DNA of 64,000 bases from Candidatus Eiseniibacteriota bacterium (GCA_023129715.1 JAGMBO010000049.1:53600-117599), one strand, 5' to 3'; positions 38,256 through 48,287 are shown, counted from the first letter of the stretch. A program made the numbers and translations. Notes: generated by a model from the sequence alone, not told the origin.

Positions 38256-40442
38256 ATGCGCAAAGCTGGTTGGATCATCTTGGCTGTTATGGTCGCGGGC
38301 CTCGCCCACTGGGGATTGATCGGATGCGGTGGGGATGGAGGCACCGAGCCGGGTGGCGGTGACGGATCAGAGGTCTCCTGGAGCTACGGCGAATCCCGCA
38401 CCTTCGAGATCCCGGCCAGTACCTCTGTCACGGTGGTCGACTCGGCCTCGTCCGCGATGTTCCGCCTGCCCACCGGGGGCGGCCTGTTCACGGTCCGCGA
38501 TATCATTGATGGTCCTACGACCATCCCTGATGAAGGCGACTTCGAGATCGACTACACCGGCACGAGCACGGTGGAGCTGCTCATGCCCCATGATCCGGGG
38601 GACATTGTCTACGTGATGGGCTACGCGCCGTTGACCGGTGTGGTCCTGGAGGATGCTGAACCCGACACGTCGGGTTGGCTGCCGTTGAGCGCGAGCGAGA
38701 CACTCTCCGGTGCCACGGGCGACACACTCGTCTTCGAACTTCCGCTCACCGATAACGGTTGCACGCTCCTGCCGTTGTCCGGGAGTAGCGTGAAGAAGTA
38801 CAAGCGGCTCGTCTACAAGAAGGGCACTGCCCATGCAACGCTGGTGGCTCAGGTCGAGGCCAATATTCGGGATGCAATCAATAGTCTGATCTATGCGATT
38901 CCTCCCGCGCGCCGGCCGGAAGTGCGTACGAGGATCGACGTGGATATGCGTCCGATCTTTGTTGTCCCGCAGAATCGCACCGCCTACTTTTGGACTGCCA
39001 AACCGAAGTACATTCCCTATCTCGGCCTGCCCGGAATCCTGCCCATCTACAAGATCGTCATCCCGGACGATTGTCTCAGCAATGTGGCCCATGAGGTTTC
39101 GCACTACCTCCATCATGTCCTGATTCAGGGTGGGTTCGCGGCATTCGCGTGGAACAGCCGGCCCGGGCACAAAGTCGGAACGACCGGAGCATTCGGGCAA
39201 CTGATCGAGGACTTTGCCTATCTGGGCGAATACTACCTCAATGGCAATGTCAGTGATGCGAATCCCAGGTGGGGATCAACGCTCGCCGGCACGGATGAAT
39301 CCACCAAGAGTTCCAAGACAACCGATTTTCGTGATCTGGAAGGCATGGCGGTGGCGATCTTCGCGGCCCACACCCGCGACACCGATCGGATGAATGACTA
39401 CAAGGGGATTCGCCGAACCGTTCCCGTCATCTCGGGGGATGTGACCGAGAAGTTCCAGGACTGCTACGAGATCGTCGCCCAGGGCACGGACGACATGCTC
39501 GAGGTGGTTGAGAAGATGGAAGCCATCCTGGCAACGAAATACGACCAGGCGGATGCCCTGCCAGCCATGCTGGAACCGTTGGGCTGGAGCCATCATATCA
39601 AGTGCCGGTTCGTCGACGCCGAGGGGGAGCCGGTGGCGAATGTCGAGGCGCGATCGGTCTGCAAGACGGCGGGGCAAGAGTACTACCTGCCCCGGCGCGG
39701 CACGCCGAGCGGCAACGATGGGCGCTACACGCTCGATGAGTTCCATCCCGGCAAGAGCACTCTGCGAATCTATCAGGGCACCGATTCTACAGATGTCGCC
39801 GAGATCACGATTCCCTGGTCGCGAGCCACAAACCAGGAACAGGATCTCGGCGATATCTATATCGAGGGGGATTCGGATCTGCTGGAGAAGTTGCGCGGCT
39901 GCGGTGGGATGTACGGCAGCGCTACTGGAAACATGGCGATCTCCGGTGCCGATCCGGAATATGTCGGATTCGGGTTCATCATCTGCAGCCGCTATGGGCA
40001 GGACTGCGACTCGTTGAAGTGGAATGGGGCGGAGGGTCGGTACGGCTGTACGCGCACCTTCGAGGACACCTGGGAACGGGAAGTCGAGCGCGACAGCATC
40101 TATGTGCGAGCGGCGATCAATGGTCGCAGCCTTGAGATTCTCTATCTGAGAACCGAGAGAACCTCACTGACCTTCGCCGGCGGCTACGAAACGATCAGGA
40201 TCACCGAGATCGAGCTGGCGGACGTCCCCGTGCTCTACTACCCGGGGGACCAGTGGGGCAGTGACGACTTCATCTTCTCGCTCGAGAGCGAGGAGATGGC
40301 GAGTCATGTGAACCGGGCCTATTACAAGAACTGGTCGAGCGGCTTTGGCGGCGTCGAGTCGAGCACCTTCCTGAGTTCACCCTACGGCACAGGCATAACC
40401 TTCGAGCACTACACCGGTTGTAAGGCGATGGGCGGCGACTAG
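38256..40442 (+). CDS. Large lipoprotein with an HExxH motif (candidate zinc metallopeptidase)
   Basis: Lipobox WGLIGCGG after a signal peptide. Single VAHEVSHYLHH motif. ~730 aa with no other recognisable domain. Confidence 0.5.
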   Translation: MRKAGWIILAVMVAGLAHWGLIGCGGDGGTEPGGGDGSEVSWSYGESRTFEIPASTSVTVVDSASSAMFRLPTGGGLFTVRDIIDGPTTIPDEGDFEIDYTGTSTVELLMPHDPGDIVYVMGYAPLTGVVLEDAEPDTSGWLPLSASETLSGATGDTLVFELPLTDNGCTLLPLSGSSVKKYKRLVYKKGTAHATLVAQVEANIRDAINSLIYAIPPARRPEVRTRIDVDMRPIFVVPQNRTAYFWTAKPKYIPYLGLPGILPIYKIVIPDDCLSNVAHEVSHYLHHVLIQGGFAAFAWNSRPGHKVGTTGAFGQLIEDFAYLGEYYLNGNVSDANPRWGSTLAGTDESTKSSKTTDFRDLEGMAVAIFAAHTRDTDRMNDYKGIRRTVPVISGDVTEKFQDCYEIVAQGTDDMLEVVEKMEAILATKYDQADALPAMLEPLGWSHHIKCRFVDAEGEPVANVEARSVCKTAGQEYYLPRRGTPSGNDGRYTLDEFHPGKSTLRIYQGTDSTDVAEITIPWSRATNQEQDLGDIYIEGDSDLLEKLRGCGGMYGSATGNMAISGADPEYVGFGFIICSRYGQDCDSLKWNGAEGRYGCTRTFEDTWEREVERDSIYVRAAINGRSLEILYLRTERTSLTFAGGYETIRITEIELADVPVLYYPGDQWGSDDFIFSLESEEMASHVNRAYYKNWSSGFGGVESSTFLSSPYGTGITFEHYTGCKAMGGD

Positions 40443-40539
40443 GGCTCGCCGGTAGGGGGTTGTGCCGCGTCGCAACCGGCGGTTTCGCTCTCAAGAGCGC
40501 ACGCATTTGGGTCGGCGGACCGTGTCCGTCGATGTCCGA

Positions 40540-42546
40540 CTAGGGTTGGTCGATCAGCCGGATCGATCCGACCGCACAGAACCCGTCACCCCGCATGGGA
40601 AAGAACCCGAGCCTGTCGTACCCCTGCCGGATCGCCTGGGGGGGCACTTCGACACCCGCGCGGATCAAGGTCGGCGCATCGGGCATGCGGGGTGCGAGGG
40701 GCTGAACGGCAACAATGTCCTCGTCCTGGTAGTAGACGACCAAGTACTTGTCGTGGCCGTCGAGCCGGACCTGCAGTAGCGGTGCGTGAGTCGTTCCCGG
40801 CAGCGCTACGTGTAGGCCGTTGAAGGAGACGCGCAGCGCGCGGGCCGTCCGGCCAGCATCGTCCTCTTCGGGGCCGGCGGCGAGGTGGGCCAACGGGATC
40901 CGTACCGGCTCGGTGTAGCGGCGTGGATCGAAGGCATCCCGGTATGCGCCGGTGTTGAAACGCCAGATCTCGGCCAATCGCGCTCCACTCCACAGCGGGC
41001 CCCCGGTCACCAGAGCGAGTTTCTCGTGATAGGCGCCCAGCCGCTCATCCCGCATGTTGTTCCGGCCCGACATCAGCGTCTGCAGATAGCCTTGGGGAAT
41101 GGTGCGCAGGAAGTGGCCGATGCGCCAGTTGTTGTCATGGGGCTTGTGGACGGCGGCCGACGGGTCAAAGGTCAAGGCCGGCAAGCGGGCGAGCAGGGGA
41201 TCGGCGAGCCCGTAGTTGTCGACGATGTGCACATTGGGTCCGGCATGGAAGCCGAGGATTCCCACGGCGCCCTCGAGGACGACGCTCGCGCCTTGATCGC
41301 GCAAGGCGCGCCCCTGGTCCTCACCGAAGATCTTGGGCTTGCCAGGCACGCGCTTGGGTTTGAAGAGGGTGTAGCCCTCGGTGGCGTAATAGGCTTGCTC
41401 GTCAGCGATCCCGTCGGCGTGGATCAGTGTGCGCTGCGCCCGCTCGGCGGGCGATTGCAGTAGCGGGGCGAGACGCGGCGCCAGGCCCACGGCCAGAAGC
41501 ACGATGCCGGCCGGCACGAGATAGCCGATACGCGGCCGGGAGATCCTGACCAGCAGCACCACGGCAACGAAGAGGGGAGCGGTGAAGAAACGCCCCCCCA
41601 TGAAGTCGCCGCCGATTCTCAGGATGTAGAGCAAGTAGAGCAGAATCCCGGCAACGACCGGCCAGTGACGGCGCTGCCGGGTGATCAGCGGCGCCAGCAG
41701 ACCCCCCAGGATCAACAGCATGGTCACCGGATCGAAACGGATCGTGTGCCAGAAATAGTGCAGCCCCTGTGCCGCCAGCGCTCCGGCGGGGATTCCTGTG
41801 TTGAGCTTCGCGTAGGCGGTGTTGGGGAAGGGGAAGCCGTAATAGAAGAGCGAGAAGAGCTCCCAGAGGATGAGCGGCGCCATGCCCGCCGCCAGAGCGC
41901 CGAGAACCCGCAGGCGGGGCCGGGTATTGTGGCTGTGGAGATCCGTACCGTGGCTCGGGGACTGGCTCCGCACCGCCTCCACCAAGGCAACCAACAGCGG
42001 CGGAAGATAGAAGAGCAGGGTATCGAGGCGGGTAAGCGCGGCAAGCGCCGTCAACAAGCTGAGCGCGAAGAGATCCCGCGGCGTGCGGTTGCCCTCTCGG
42101 AAATAGCGCGCCAGGAAGATGACCAGCAGCAGGTGGGTCAGCGGGTTCTCGAGCCCTGCGGTTGAGTAGTCGCCGAAGGCCTTCGACAGCGCGAGGGCGC
42201 CGACCGCCAGCATCGCCATACCGAACGAACTGGCCGACTTCCGGCCCAGCCATACAACGGCCAGCACCGAGAGCGCCAATCCCAGTAGAATCGTCGTGTG
42301 GAATGCCTCGCCGGTGACGGCGTAGAACGGGATCATCAGGAAGAGCCACAGCGGATGGGTGTAGGCCTGGACACGCTCGGGTGGATTCCAGGTGAGGCCA
42401 TACCCGTGGACGAAATTGTCCACCGTGCGCAGCGAGATGTAGGCATCGTCGCAGACCCACGCCGCCCGCAGGGCGACGCCGGCGTATAGCAGAATCAGCA
42501 CCGCCAAGACGACTCGTGGGCTGATGCGTGTCTGCATGGGGGCCAT
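40540..42546 (-). CDS. Polytopic membrane glycosyltransferase-like protein (ArnT/PMT-fold, GT-C type) with a periplasmic C-terminal domain
   Basis: 10-12 N-terminal TM helices with conserved CDDAYISLRTVDNF loop. ~300-aa soluble C-terminus. Confidence 0.5.
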   Translation of the reverse strand: MAPMQTRISPRVVLAVLILLYAGVALRAAWVCDDAYISLRTVDNFVHGYGLTWNPPERVQAYTHPLWLFLMIPFYAVTGEAFHTTILLGLALSVLAVVWLGRKSASSFGMAMLAVGALALSKAFGDYSTAGLENPLTHLLLVIFLARYFREGNRTPRDLFALSLLTALAALTRLDTLLFYLPPLLVALVEAVRSQSPSHGTDLHSHNTRPRLRVLGALAAGMAPLILWELFSLFYYGFPFPNTAYAKLNTGIPAGALAAQGLHYFWHTIRFDPVTMLLILGGLLAPLITRQRRHWPVVAGILLYLLYILRIGGDFMGGRFFTAPLFVAVVLLVRISRPRIGYLVPAGIVLLAVGLAPRLAPLLQSPAERAQRTLIHADGIADEQAYYATEGYTLFKPKRVPGKPKIFGEDQGRALRDQGASVVLEGAVGILGFHAGPNVHIVDNYGLADPLLARLPALTFDPSAAVHKPHDNNWRIGHFLRTIPQGYLQTLMSGRNNMRDERLGAYHEKLALVTGGPLWSGARLAEIWRFNTGAYRDAFDPRRYTEPVRIPLAHLAAGPEEDDAGRTARALRVSFNGLHVALPGTTHAPLLQVRLDGHDKYLVVYYQDEDIVAVQPLAPRMPDAPTLIRAGVEVPPQAIRQGYDRLGFFPMRGDGFCAVGSIRLIDQP

Positions 42547-43490
42547 CAGGCGGCGAACTCGCGGATCTTCAGCTTGCTCAGATCGATCTCGCCTACGCCC
42601 AGTTCATAGGCGATGCGGATATGGGCGATCTCGCCTGGATCGCGCCAGAAGGTGCGGGTGGTGAACGCATCGATCGCTACCGGATCGATCCCCGCGATGA
42701 CCCGGCGTCCGTGCCGGACTTCGCCGGGGCCGCCGGGGCCGTTGGTCAGCAACACGTAGTTGGCATCCATGATCGTCAGATCGGCCCGCACCGTGGCGGC
42801 CAACTCGGCGATGCACTGATGGAGGTCGGTGCGATGATAGCGGATGCGATCCCAGTTGATGCCCATCAGGTTCTTCATCGCCAGCGTTACCTCGGAGCCG
42901 GCATGGTGCTTGGCAATCGGCAGGTTGATGAAGACATCCGCATCGAGCAGGTCGGTCGAGATCATCTCGCGGCGCAGGATCCGTCCGCGCGGAACGATGA
43001 CCTCGCGATAGTCGGCGGCACTCTCGATCGCCTTGACGGTTCCGCCATTCTCGGTGATCGCCTGATGCAGTCCGTTGGCGATGAAGGAGCGCATGCCGTC
43101 GTGGCTGACGGCGAGGACCTCCCGGGCGCCGACCGCCAGGCAGTCGGCCACCAGGGCGCCGACCAGTTCGGGGTGCGTGCTGATCGCATCCTCGGGGGGA
43201 TTGGCGCCGATGGGATTGGGCTTGAGGACCACGCGGTCTCCGGGGCGCACGAACCGGGCGAGTCCTCCGAGGGCCTCGATCGCCGCGCGGCAGTTCTTGG
43301 CCGGGGAGTCGCCGGTGACGGCGGCCAGATCGATGGCCGGTTCAGCGCTCGGACGGCCACCGGTCGTCAATCGCCCACAGCCGATTCCGGAACCGGCCAG
43401 AGCGATCTGGGCACCGAGCGCCGCCGATGCCGTCATGAATGCTCTGCGCGAGAAGCGTCTGTCCTGTTTCACCGTATGCTCCTTCTGCAA
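42546..43490 (-). CDS. DUF362-family protein with Tat signal peptide
   Basis: Twin-arginine motif FSRRAFMTASAALGA. VVLKPNPIGANPPEDAISTHPELVGALVADCLAVGAREV matches the DUF362 core. Stop overlaps the start of the downstream GT-C gene. Confidence 0.55.
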   Translation of the reverse strand: MQKEHTVKQDRRFSRRAFMTASAALGAQIALAGSGIGCGRLTTGGRPSAEPAIDLAAVTGDSPAKNCRAAIEALGGLARFVRPGDRVVLKPNPIGANPPEDAISTHPELVGALVADCLAVGAREVLAVSHDGMRSFIANGLHQAITENGGTVKAIESAADYREVIVPRGRILRREMISTDLLDADVFINLPIAKHHAGSEVTLAMKNLMGINWDRIRYHRTDLHQCIAELAATVRADLTIMDANYVLLTNGPGGPGEVRHGRRVIAGIDPVAIDAFTTRTFWRDPGEIAHIRIAYELGVGEIDLSKLKIREFAA

Positions 43491-43635
43491 CTAGACCTGC
43501 CGCGACAGGATCCCTTCCTCTGCCAGCCCCGCGAGGGCCTCCACCAGCCCCGCGAGGGCCTCCGCCGGCCCTGCGAGGGCCTCCGCCGGCCGCGGAAGGC
43601 CCCCCACGGCCCCGCGAATACAGCCACCAATCGGA

Positions 43636-45207
43636 CTAGGGTTCCTGGCCCAATTCCTCCAACGCCGCCCGCGCCTGGTCCGCCTGCGGGCCACTGGCAA
43701 CCAGCGTGACAAAGCGCCGGTAGGCCGCCACCGCCTTCTCCGGCGCGTCCAGCTGACGGTAGACCTCCCCCAGCATGAAGTAGGAGTTGGCGAAGCTGTC
43801 GTCCAACTCGACGGCGCGCTCGTATTCTCGCGCCGCATCCTCGAGCCGCCCGGCGCGGAGGTAGCCTTCCCCGAGACTGTCGTGAGCGTTCGGATCGTCG
43901 GGGGCGACTTCCGCGTACCGCTGGAAGTAGCCGATGGCCGCCTCGGTGTCCCCGCCGCCAAGGCAGGTGTACCCGATCATGTTGAGCACCTGCGTATTGT
44001 GCGGATCGTGCTCGAGGTAGGCGGTGAAGGCCTGCTGCGCCTCCTCCCCGCGCCCGGCGCCTTGGTAAGCGTAGCCGAGCCCGAGATGGACGTCGCCATC
44101 CTCGGGATCGAGCGATCGGGCACGCTCGAGGACCTCGATCGCCTTCTCGGATGCCCGGGCCTGTACGTATTGCATGCCCAGTGAGCTCAGGGCGGCGGCA
44201 TCGTCGGGATGCTCGCGCGCCCGGCGTTCGCCCTCGGCGATCATGCGATACTGCTGGGCAAGCCGCGTGCTGTTGGGGAACTGGGTAGGATCGGACAGCT
44301 CGTCGACGAAGCGCTCCAAGCGCTCGAGCCCCTGTGTGTAGTCTCCCCCGAGGCTCGTCTCCACATTGATCGTCCCATAGTCGGCGCACCGGCGAACCGC
44401 GGGATCCTCCGTCCCGTCCCGGGCCAGCCGATACTGTTCCAGGGCGCCGGCGAAATCCCGGCGCCTGACCGCCTCCCGGGCCTCGGCCAGGGCAAGATAG
44501 GGCTCCCAATCGATCGACTCGTGCTGGTCGAGCAACTCTCGCTTCGCAAGCGCATCCCGGGCGGAAGACATTCCCGGGTAGGTGCGGATCAGCTCCGCGT
44601 AGCGGGCGGCGGCCAGTTCGGGGTGTCCGCTGGTCTCGAGGCAATCAGCGAGCCGGTAGGTGATCGTCGCGGCCGACTCGGCGGGCAGCGGATTCTGCAG
44701 CACGGCCTCGTAAGTCTCGATGACCGCCCCATGCTCACCCGCCTGGTAGAAGCAGTCCGCCGTGGCGAGGGAGACCTCGTTGACCCACTCCGCGCCCGGA
44801 CCGTTCGGTTGGCGGCCCGCCAGCTCCAAGGCCACTCCGTAGGCCTGGCCGGCTTGCTGCCACGCTTCGCCGGCCTCGAGCAACTCTGCCTTGCGGCGGG
44901 CCGCTTCCGCCGCCCACTCACTCTGCGGGTAGTCGCGCACCAGGTGATCGTAGGCCGTGATCGCTGCCCCGTGATCGTCGAAGGCAAGCAGCTCGATGTT
45001 GGCCTGCGCCATCACGGCCAGCGGTGCCAGGCGGTGCTGCGGTTGATCGGCAGCAAAGGCCCGGTAGGCGTCGCGAGCCTGGGCGTACTCGCCATCCATC
45101 TCGAGGCGAGTGGCTTGCTCCAGCTGGGCGCCGGCCGCGGGGAGCATGGCGGTGGCGAGAATGGCGAGTCCCAACCAGCATCTCCTAATCCTCGGGCGTC
45201 GTCTCAT
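43636..45207 (-). CDS. Secreted TPR-repeat protein
   Basis: Signal peptide (WLGLAILATAMLPAAGA). More than 10 TPR-like units (YAQARDAY..., A..LG.AY...G...EA...). Confidence 0.65.
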   Translation of the reverse strand: MRRRPRIRRCWLGLAILATAMLPAAGAQLEQATRLEMDGEYAQARDAYRAFAADQPQHRLAPLAVMAQANIELLAFDDHGAAITAYDHLVRDYPQSEWAAEAARRKAELLEAGEAWQQAGQAYGVALELAGRQPNGPGAEWVNEVSLATADCFYQAGEHGAVIETYEAVLQNPLPAESAATITYRLADCLETSGHPELAAARYAELIRTYPGMSSARDALAKRELLDQHESIDWEPYLALAEAREAVRRRDFAGALEQYRLARDGTEDPAVRRCADYGTINVETSLGGDYTQGLERLERFVDELSDPTQFPNSTRLAQQYRMIAEGERRAREHPDDAAALSSLGMQYVQARASEKAIEVLERARSLDPEDGDVHLGLGYAYQGAGRGEEAQQAFTAYLEHDPHNTQVLNMIGYTCLGGGDTEAAIGYFQRYAEVAPDDPNAHDSLGEGYLRAGRLEDAAREYERAVELDDSFANSYFMLGEVYRQLDAPEKAVAAYRRFVTLVASGPQADQARAALEELGQEP

Positions 45208-45244
45208 CACGCGATCCTTTCCTTCGCGGCTACTCTTTCCTAAG

Positions 45245-45310
45245 ACAAGCTTGCCGCGGTCCACAGGGACGTCTGTGAGATCTACGCGGTCCACAGGCAC
45301 GGCTGTGAGA
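45245..45310. repeat. Tandem 30-bp direct repeat (gcggtccacagg[g/c]acg[t/g]ctgtgagatctac x2) in the leader of the TPR gene (approximate)
   Basis: Direct reading, two mismatches between copies. The track ORF 43636-45378 reads through it as VDLTAVPVDRVDLTDVPVDR, but the signal peptide starts downstream, so it is probably non-coding. Confidence 0.5.
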
Positions 45311-45410
45311 TCTACCAAGCGCGAGACAGGCAGTCGCGCCGCTACGATGAGCCTAGGGAAATTGGGGGCGATCGTCAATCGGCACCGTTGCGGCCGGCTG
45401 TGCGCCAGGA

Positions 45411-47105
45411 CTACTCCTCTTCCATGGATGGATAACGGAAGTCGGTCGGTGGAACGAATGCCTCCTTGATCGTCCGCGGTGTCACCCAGCGCAACAGGTT
45501 GAGCATCGAGCCCGACTTGTCGTTCGTGCCGCTCGCCCGGCTGCCGCCGAAGGGCTGCATTCCGGCCACGGCGCCCGTCGGCTTATCGTTGACGTAGAAG
45601 TTGCCGGCGGCATAGCGGAGCTGCCGGTGGGCGAGATGGATCGCGTAGCGGTGGCGCGCGAAGACGGATCCGGTCAGGGCGTAGGGAGAGGTGGTGTCGC
45701 AGAGCGCAAGCGTCTTCTCGTACTCGCCGCTCGGGTAGACATAGATCGTCAACACCGGCCCGAAGATCTCCTCTTCCATCAGTTTCGAACGGGGATTGGT
45801 GGTGACGACGACAGTCGGTTGGATGAAGTAGCCCTTCGACTTGTCGACGCCGCCACCGGTGATGATCTCCGCTTCCGGCGACTGCTCGGCGAGACTGATG
45901 TAGCCGGCGATCTTGTCGAAGGCACCCTCATCGATCACCGCCCCCATGAAGTTGCGGAAATCCCGGGGATCGCCGATCTGGATCTGTTTCGTCGCGGCGA
46001 GGAGCTGGTTCTTGACCTCGGGCCACAGGCTGTCGGGGACATAGGCCCGGCTGGCGGCCGAGCATTTCTGTCCCTGGTACTCGAAGGCCCCGCGCACCAT
46101 GGCACAGACGAGCGCGGGCACATCCGCGGTGGGATGGGCCAGGATGAAGCCCTTGCCGCCCGTCTCACCGACGATGCGGGGGTAGGACCGGTAGTGGCTG
46201 ATGTTTTCGCCGATCGTCTGCCAGAGATGACGGAAGGTCTCCGTGGATCCGGTGAAGTGGATACCGGCGAGCGCGGCGTGTGAGAGGAGTTCATTGCCGA
46301 TGATGTTGCCGGGCCCCGGGAGGAAGTTGATCACGCCATCGGGGAGCCCCGCCTCGCGCAGGAGCTTCATCACCAGGTAACCCGAGTAGACCGCGCTGGA
46401 AGCGGGTTTCCAGATCACCGTATTGCCCATCATCGCGGGCGCGGAAGGCAGGTTGCCGGCGATCGAGGTGAAGTTGAACGGCGAGACCGCGAGGACGAAC
46501 CCTTCCAGCGGCCGCCATTCGAGGCGATCCCAGATGCCCAGGGTCGAGTCAGGTTGGACGGAGTAGATGCGGTCGACGAAATGGGCATTGAGGCGCCAGA
46601 AGTCGATCAACTCGCACGCCGAGTCGATCTCGGCCTGATGGATCGTCTTGCTCTGACCGAGCATCGCGGCGGCGTTGAGGGTCGCGCGCCAGGGCCCGGC
46701 CAGCAATTCGGCCGCCTTGAGGAAGACCGAAACGCGCTCGGGCCAGGGCAGGCGGGGCCACTCACGCCAGGCTTCGTAGGCGGCGGCAACCGCCATGCGC
46801 ACTTCATCGGGCCCCGCCTGGTGATAGGTGGCCAGCACGTGGCCATGGGCGTGGGGCATCACACAGCAGCCCAGTCGGCCGGTGCGCACCTCCCTCCCGC
46901 CGATGATCAGCGGGATCTCGATCTCCTCGGCGGCGATCGCCTCGAGGCGTGACTTCAGGGTGCGCCGCTCGGGGGTGCCGGGCCGGTAGTCGAGCACCGG
47001 CTCGTTCTCGGGCAACGACAGGGTGAAGAGAGCCTCGTCCACGGTATGCCTCCTTCCCGGGAAGGGTTCTGCAGATGACGATCGTCGGCTCCGATCGGCG
47101 GTCAA
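45411..47105 (-). CDS. pruA: 1-pyrroline-5-carboxylate (glutamate-semialdehyde) dehydrogenase, ALDH4/RocA type
   Basis: EIDSACELIDFWRLNAHF matches ALDH4-type P5CDH (EIDaaaELIDFfRfNAky). ALDH catalytic Cys context FEYQGQKCSAASR. 564 aa. Confidence 0.85.
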   Translation of the reverse strand: MTADRSRRSSSAEPFPGRRHTVDEALFTLSLPENEPVLDYRPGTPERRTLKSRLEAIAAEEIEIPLIIGGREVRTGRLGCCVMPHAHGHVLATYHQAGPDEVRMAVAAAYEAWREWPRLPWPERVSVFLKAAELLAGPWRATLNAAAMLGQSKTIHQAEIDSACELIDFWRLNAHFVDRIYSVQPDSTLGIWDRLEWRPLEGFVLAVSPFNFTSIAGNLPSAPAMMGNTVIWKPASSAVYSGYLVMKLLREAGLPDGVINFLPGPGNIIGNELLSHAALAGIHFTGSTETFRHLWQTIGENISHYRSYPRIVGETGGKGFILAHPTADVPALVCAMVRGAFEYQGQKCSAASRAYVPDSLWPEVKNQLLAATKQIQIGDPRDFRNFMGAVIDEGAFDKIAGYISLAEQSPEAEIITGGGVDKSKGYFIQPTVVVTTNPRSKLMEEEIFGPVLTIYVYPSGEYEKTLALCDTTSPYALTGSVFARHRYAIHLAHRQLRYAAGNFYVNDKPTGAVAGMQPFGGSRASGTNDKSGSMLNLLRWVTPRTIKEAFVPPTDFRYPSMEEE

Positions 47106-47321
47106 CCATAGGACATCCCGCCCGCGGGTGCACGCCGAAGATCGGCACGGTGGGCGCGTTGGGTGGTGCCGGCACGGATCGGGGACTGCCTCGCGGTGCT
47201 GCCCGGCATCGAGGTGCCTCCCGGCGGCGCCGTGCTTCCCGCCGTGCTTCCCGGTTGCGAGACCCCGACACAGGGGCGTAGCCTTGGCCTACTAGGTGCC
47301 CAAGGGAAGAGGGGGAACACG

Positions 47322-47582
47322 ATGGCAGACGAAGCGAAGATCGGCCAGGTGACCCACTACTTCGGGAAGATCCAGGTGGCGGCCATCGAGCTGACCGATG
47401 GTGACTTGGCGGTGGGAGACACGGTACGCATCAAGGGCCACACCTCGGACTTCACCCAGACGATCGAGACGATGCAAATCGATCGCGCCGATGTCCCCAA
47501 GGCGGAGAAGGGCCAGGCGGTCGGGATTCACGTGGCCGAGCATGCCCGCGTCGGCGACGAGGTCTACAAGGTCGTCGACTAA
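47322..47582 (+). CDS. Small beta-barrel protein (EF-Tu domain-2-like), hypothetical
   Basis: ~87 aa from MADEAKIGQVTHYFGKIQVAAIEL. Good codon bias. Confidence 0.4.
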   Translation: MADEAKIGQVTHYFGKIQVAAIELTDGDLAVGDTVRIKGHTSDFTQTIETMQIDRADVPKAEKGQAVGIHVAEHARVGDEVYKVVD

Positions 47583-47589
47583 CCTGCCG

Positions 47590-47705
47590 CCCGGCGATGC
47601 GAGCTCCGGCCGAGCTCTGGCCAAGGTCCCAGCCAAGCTCCGGCCGAGCTCTGGCAAGTTCTGGCCAAGTTCCCAGCCAAGCTCCGGCCGGACAGCGGCC
47701 AGGCC
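47590..47705. repeat. About three tandem copies of a 34-44-bp GC-rich repeat (agctccggccgagctctggcca...) downstream of the small gene (approximate)
   Basis: Direct reading: agctccggccgagctctggccaaggtcccagcca / agctccggccgagctctggcaagttctggccaagttcccagcca / agctccggccgg. Confidence 0.5.
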
Positions 47706-47859
47706 GGGTGGGCTGATGCCCCTCCAGGCGGCCGCCGCGGCACGCGGGGTCGGCGTCCGCCGAAGAACGCCTGCCAAGGATCGGCTGCTCCCGACTCCAG
47801 GGACCGATGACGCTGTCCTCGAATACGTGATCGAATCGCCTCCTCATCTCCTCTTTTTC

Positions 47860-47936
47860 TGACTTAATTTTAGTGAGTTTGATATTGACTTTATTGATCA
47901 TTGATGCCATATTAGGGCTTAGAAACGGAGGCAGAC
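47860..47936 (+). promoter_or_regulatory. Sharply AT-rich island with sigma70-like promoter (TTGACT ... TATTAG) and TGATCA-containing palindrome, upstream of the DUF2089 gene
   Basis: ctttttctgacttaattttagtgagtttgatattgactttattgatcattgatgccatattagggcttagaaacggagg. AT content far above the local ~30%. GGAGG Shine-Dalgarno before the ATG. Confidence 0.5.
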
Positions 47937-48287
47937 ATGGACATTTCACGAGCCCGCTGCCCCGGCTGCGGCCAGTCGATGAAGATCACGCGGGCCTACT
48001 GCGATGCCTGCGAGGCGTCCTTGGAAGGCGAATTCGAGGTCTCGTCCCTGGGCCGGCTCTCCCTCGAGGACCAGCTCTTCGTCGTGGTCTTCCTGCGGCA
48101 GCATGGATCGATCAAGCAGATGGAGCGCCTCTTCGGCGTCAGCTACCCGACCGTCAAGAACCGGCTCAATGCGATCGTGCGGGAGCTGGATCGCGACTTC
48201 ACCGCGCCATCGCCCAGTGCGCGGGTTCTCGAGGAGCTAGCCCGGGGGGCGATCAGCGTCGAGGAAGCCCTGCGGAGGATGAGCTGA
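47937..48287 (+). CDS. DUF2089-family protein (zinc ribbon plus sigma-70-region-4-like HTH)
   Basis: CPGCGQSM...CDACEASLEGEF zinc ribbon, then LFGVSYPTVKNRLNAIVREL. Confidence 0.6.
   Translation: MDISRARCPGCGQSMKITRAYCDACEASLEGEFEVSSLGRLSLEDQLFVVVFLRQHGSIKQMERLFGVSYPTVKNRLNAIVRELDRDFTAPSPSARVLEELARGAISVEEALRRMS

Noticed and set aside
43469-44644. 391-aa minus-strand ORF in alternative frame inside the TPR gene
   Set aside because: Extremely Arg/Gly/Pro-rich. The TPR frame shows regular repeat structure.
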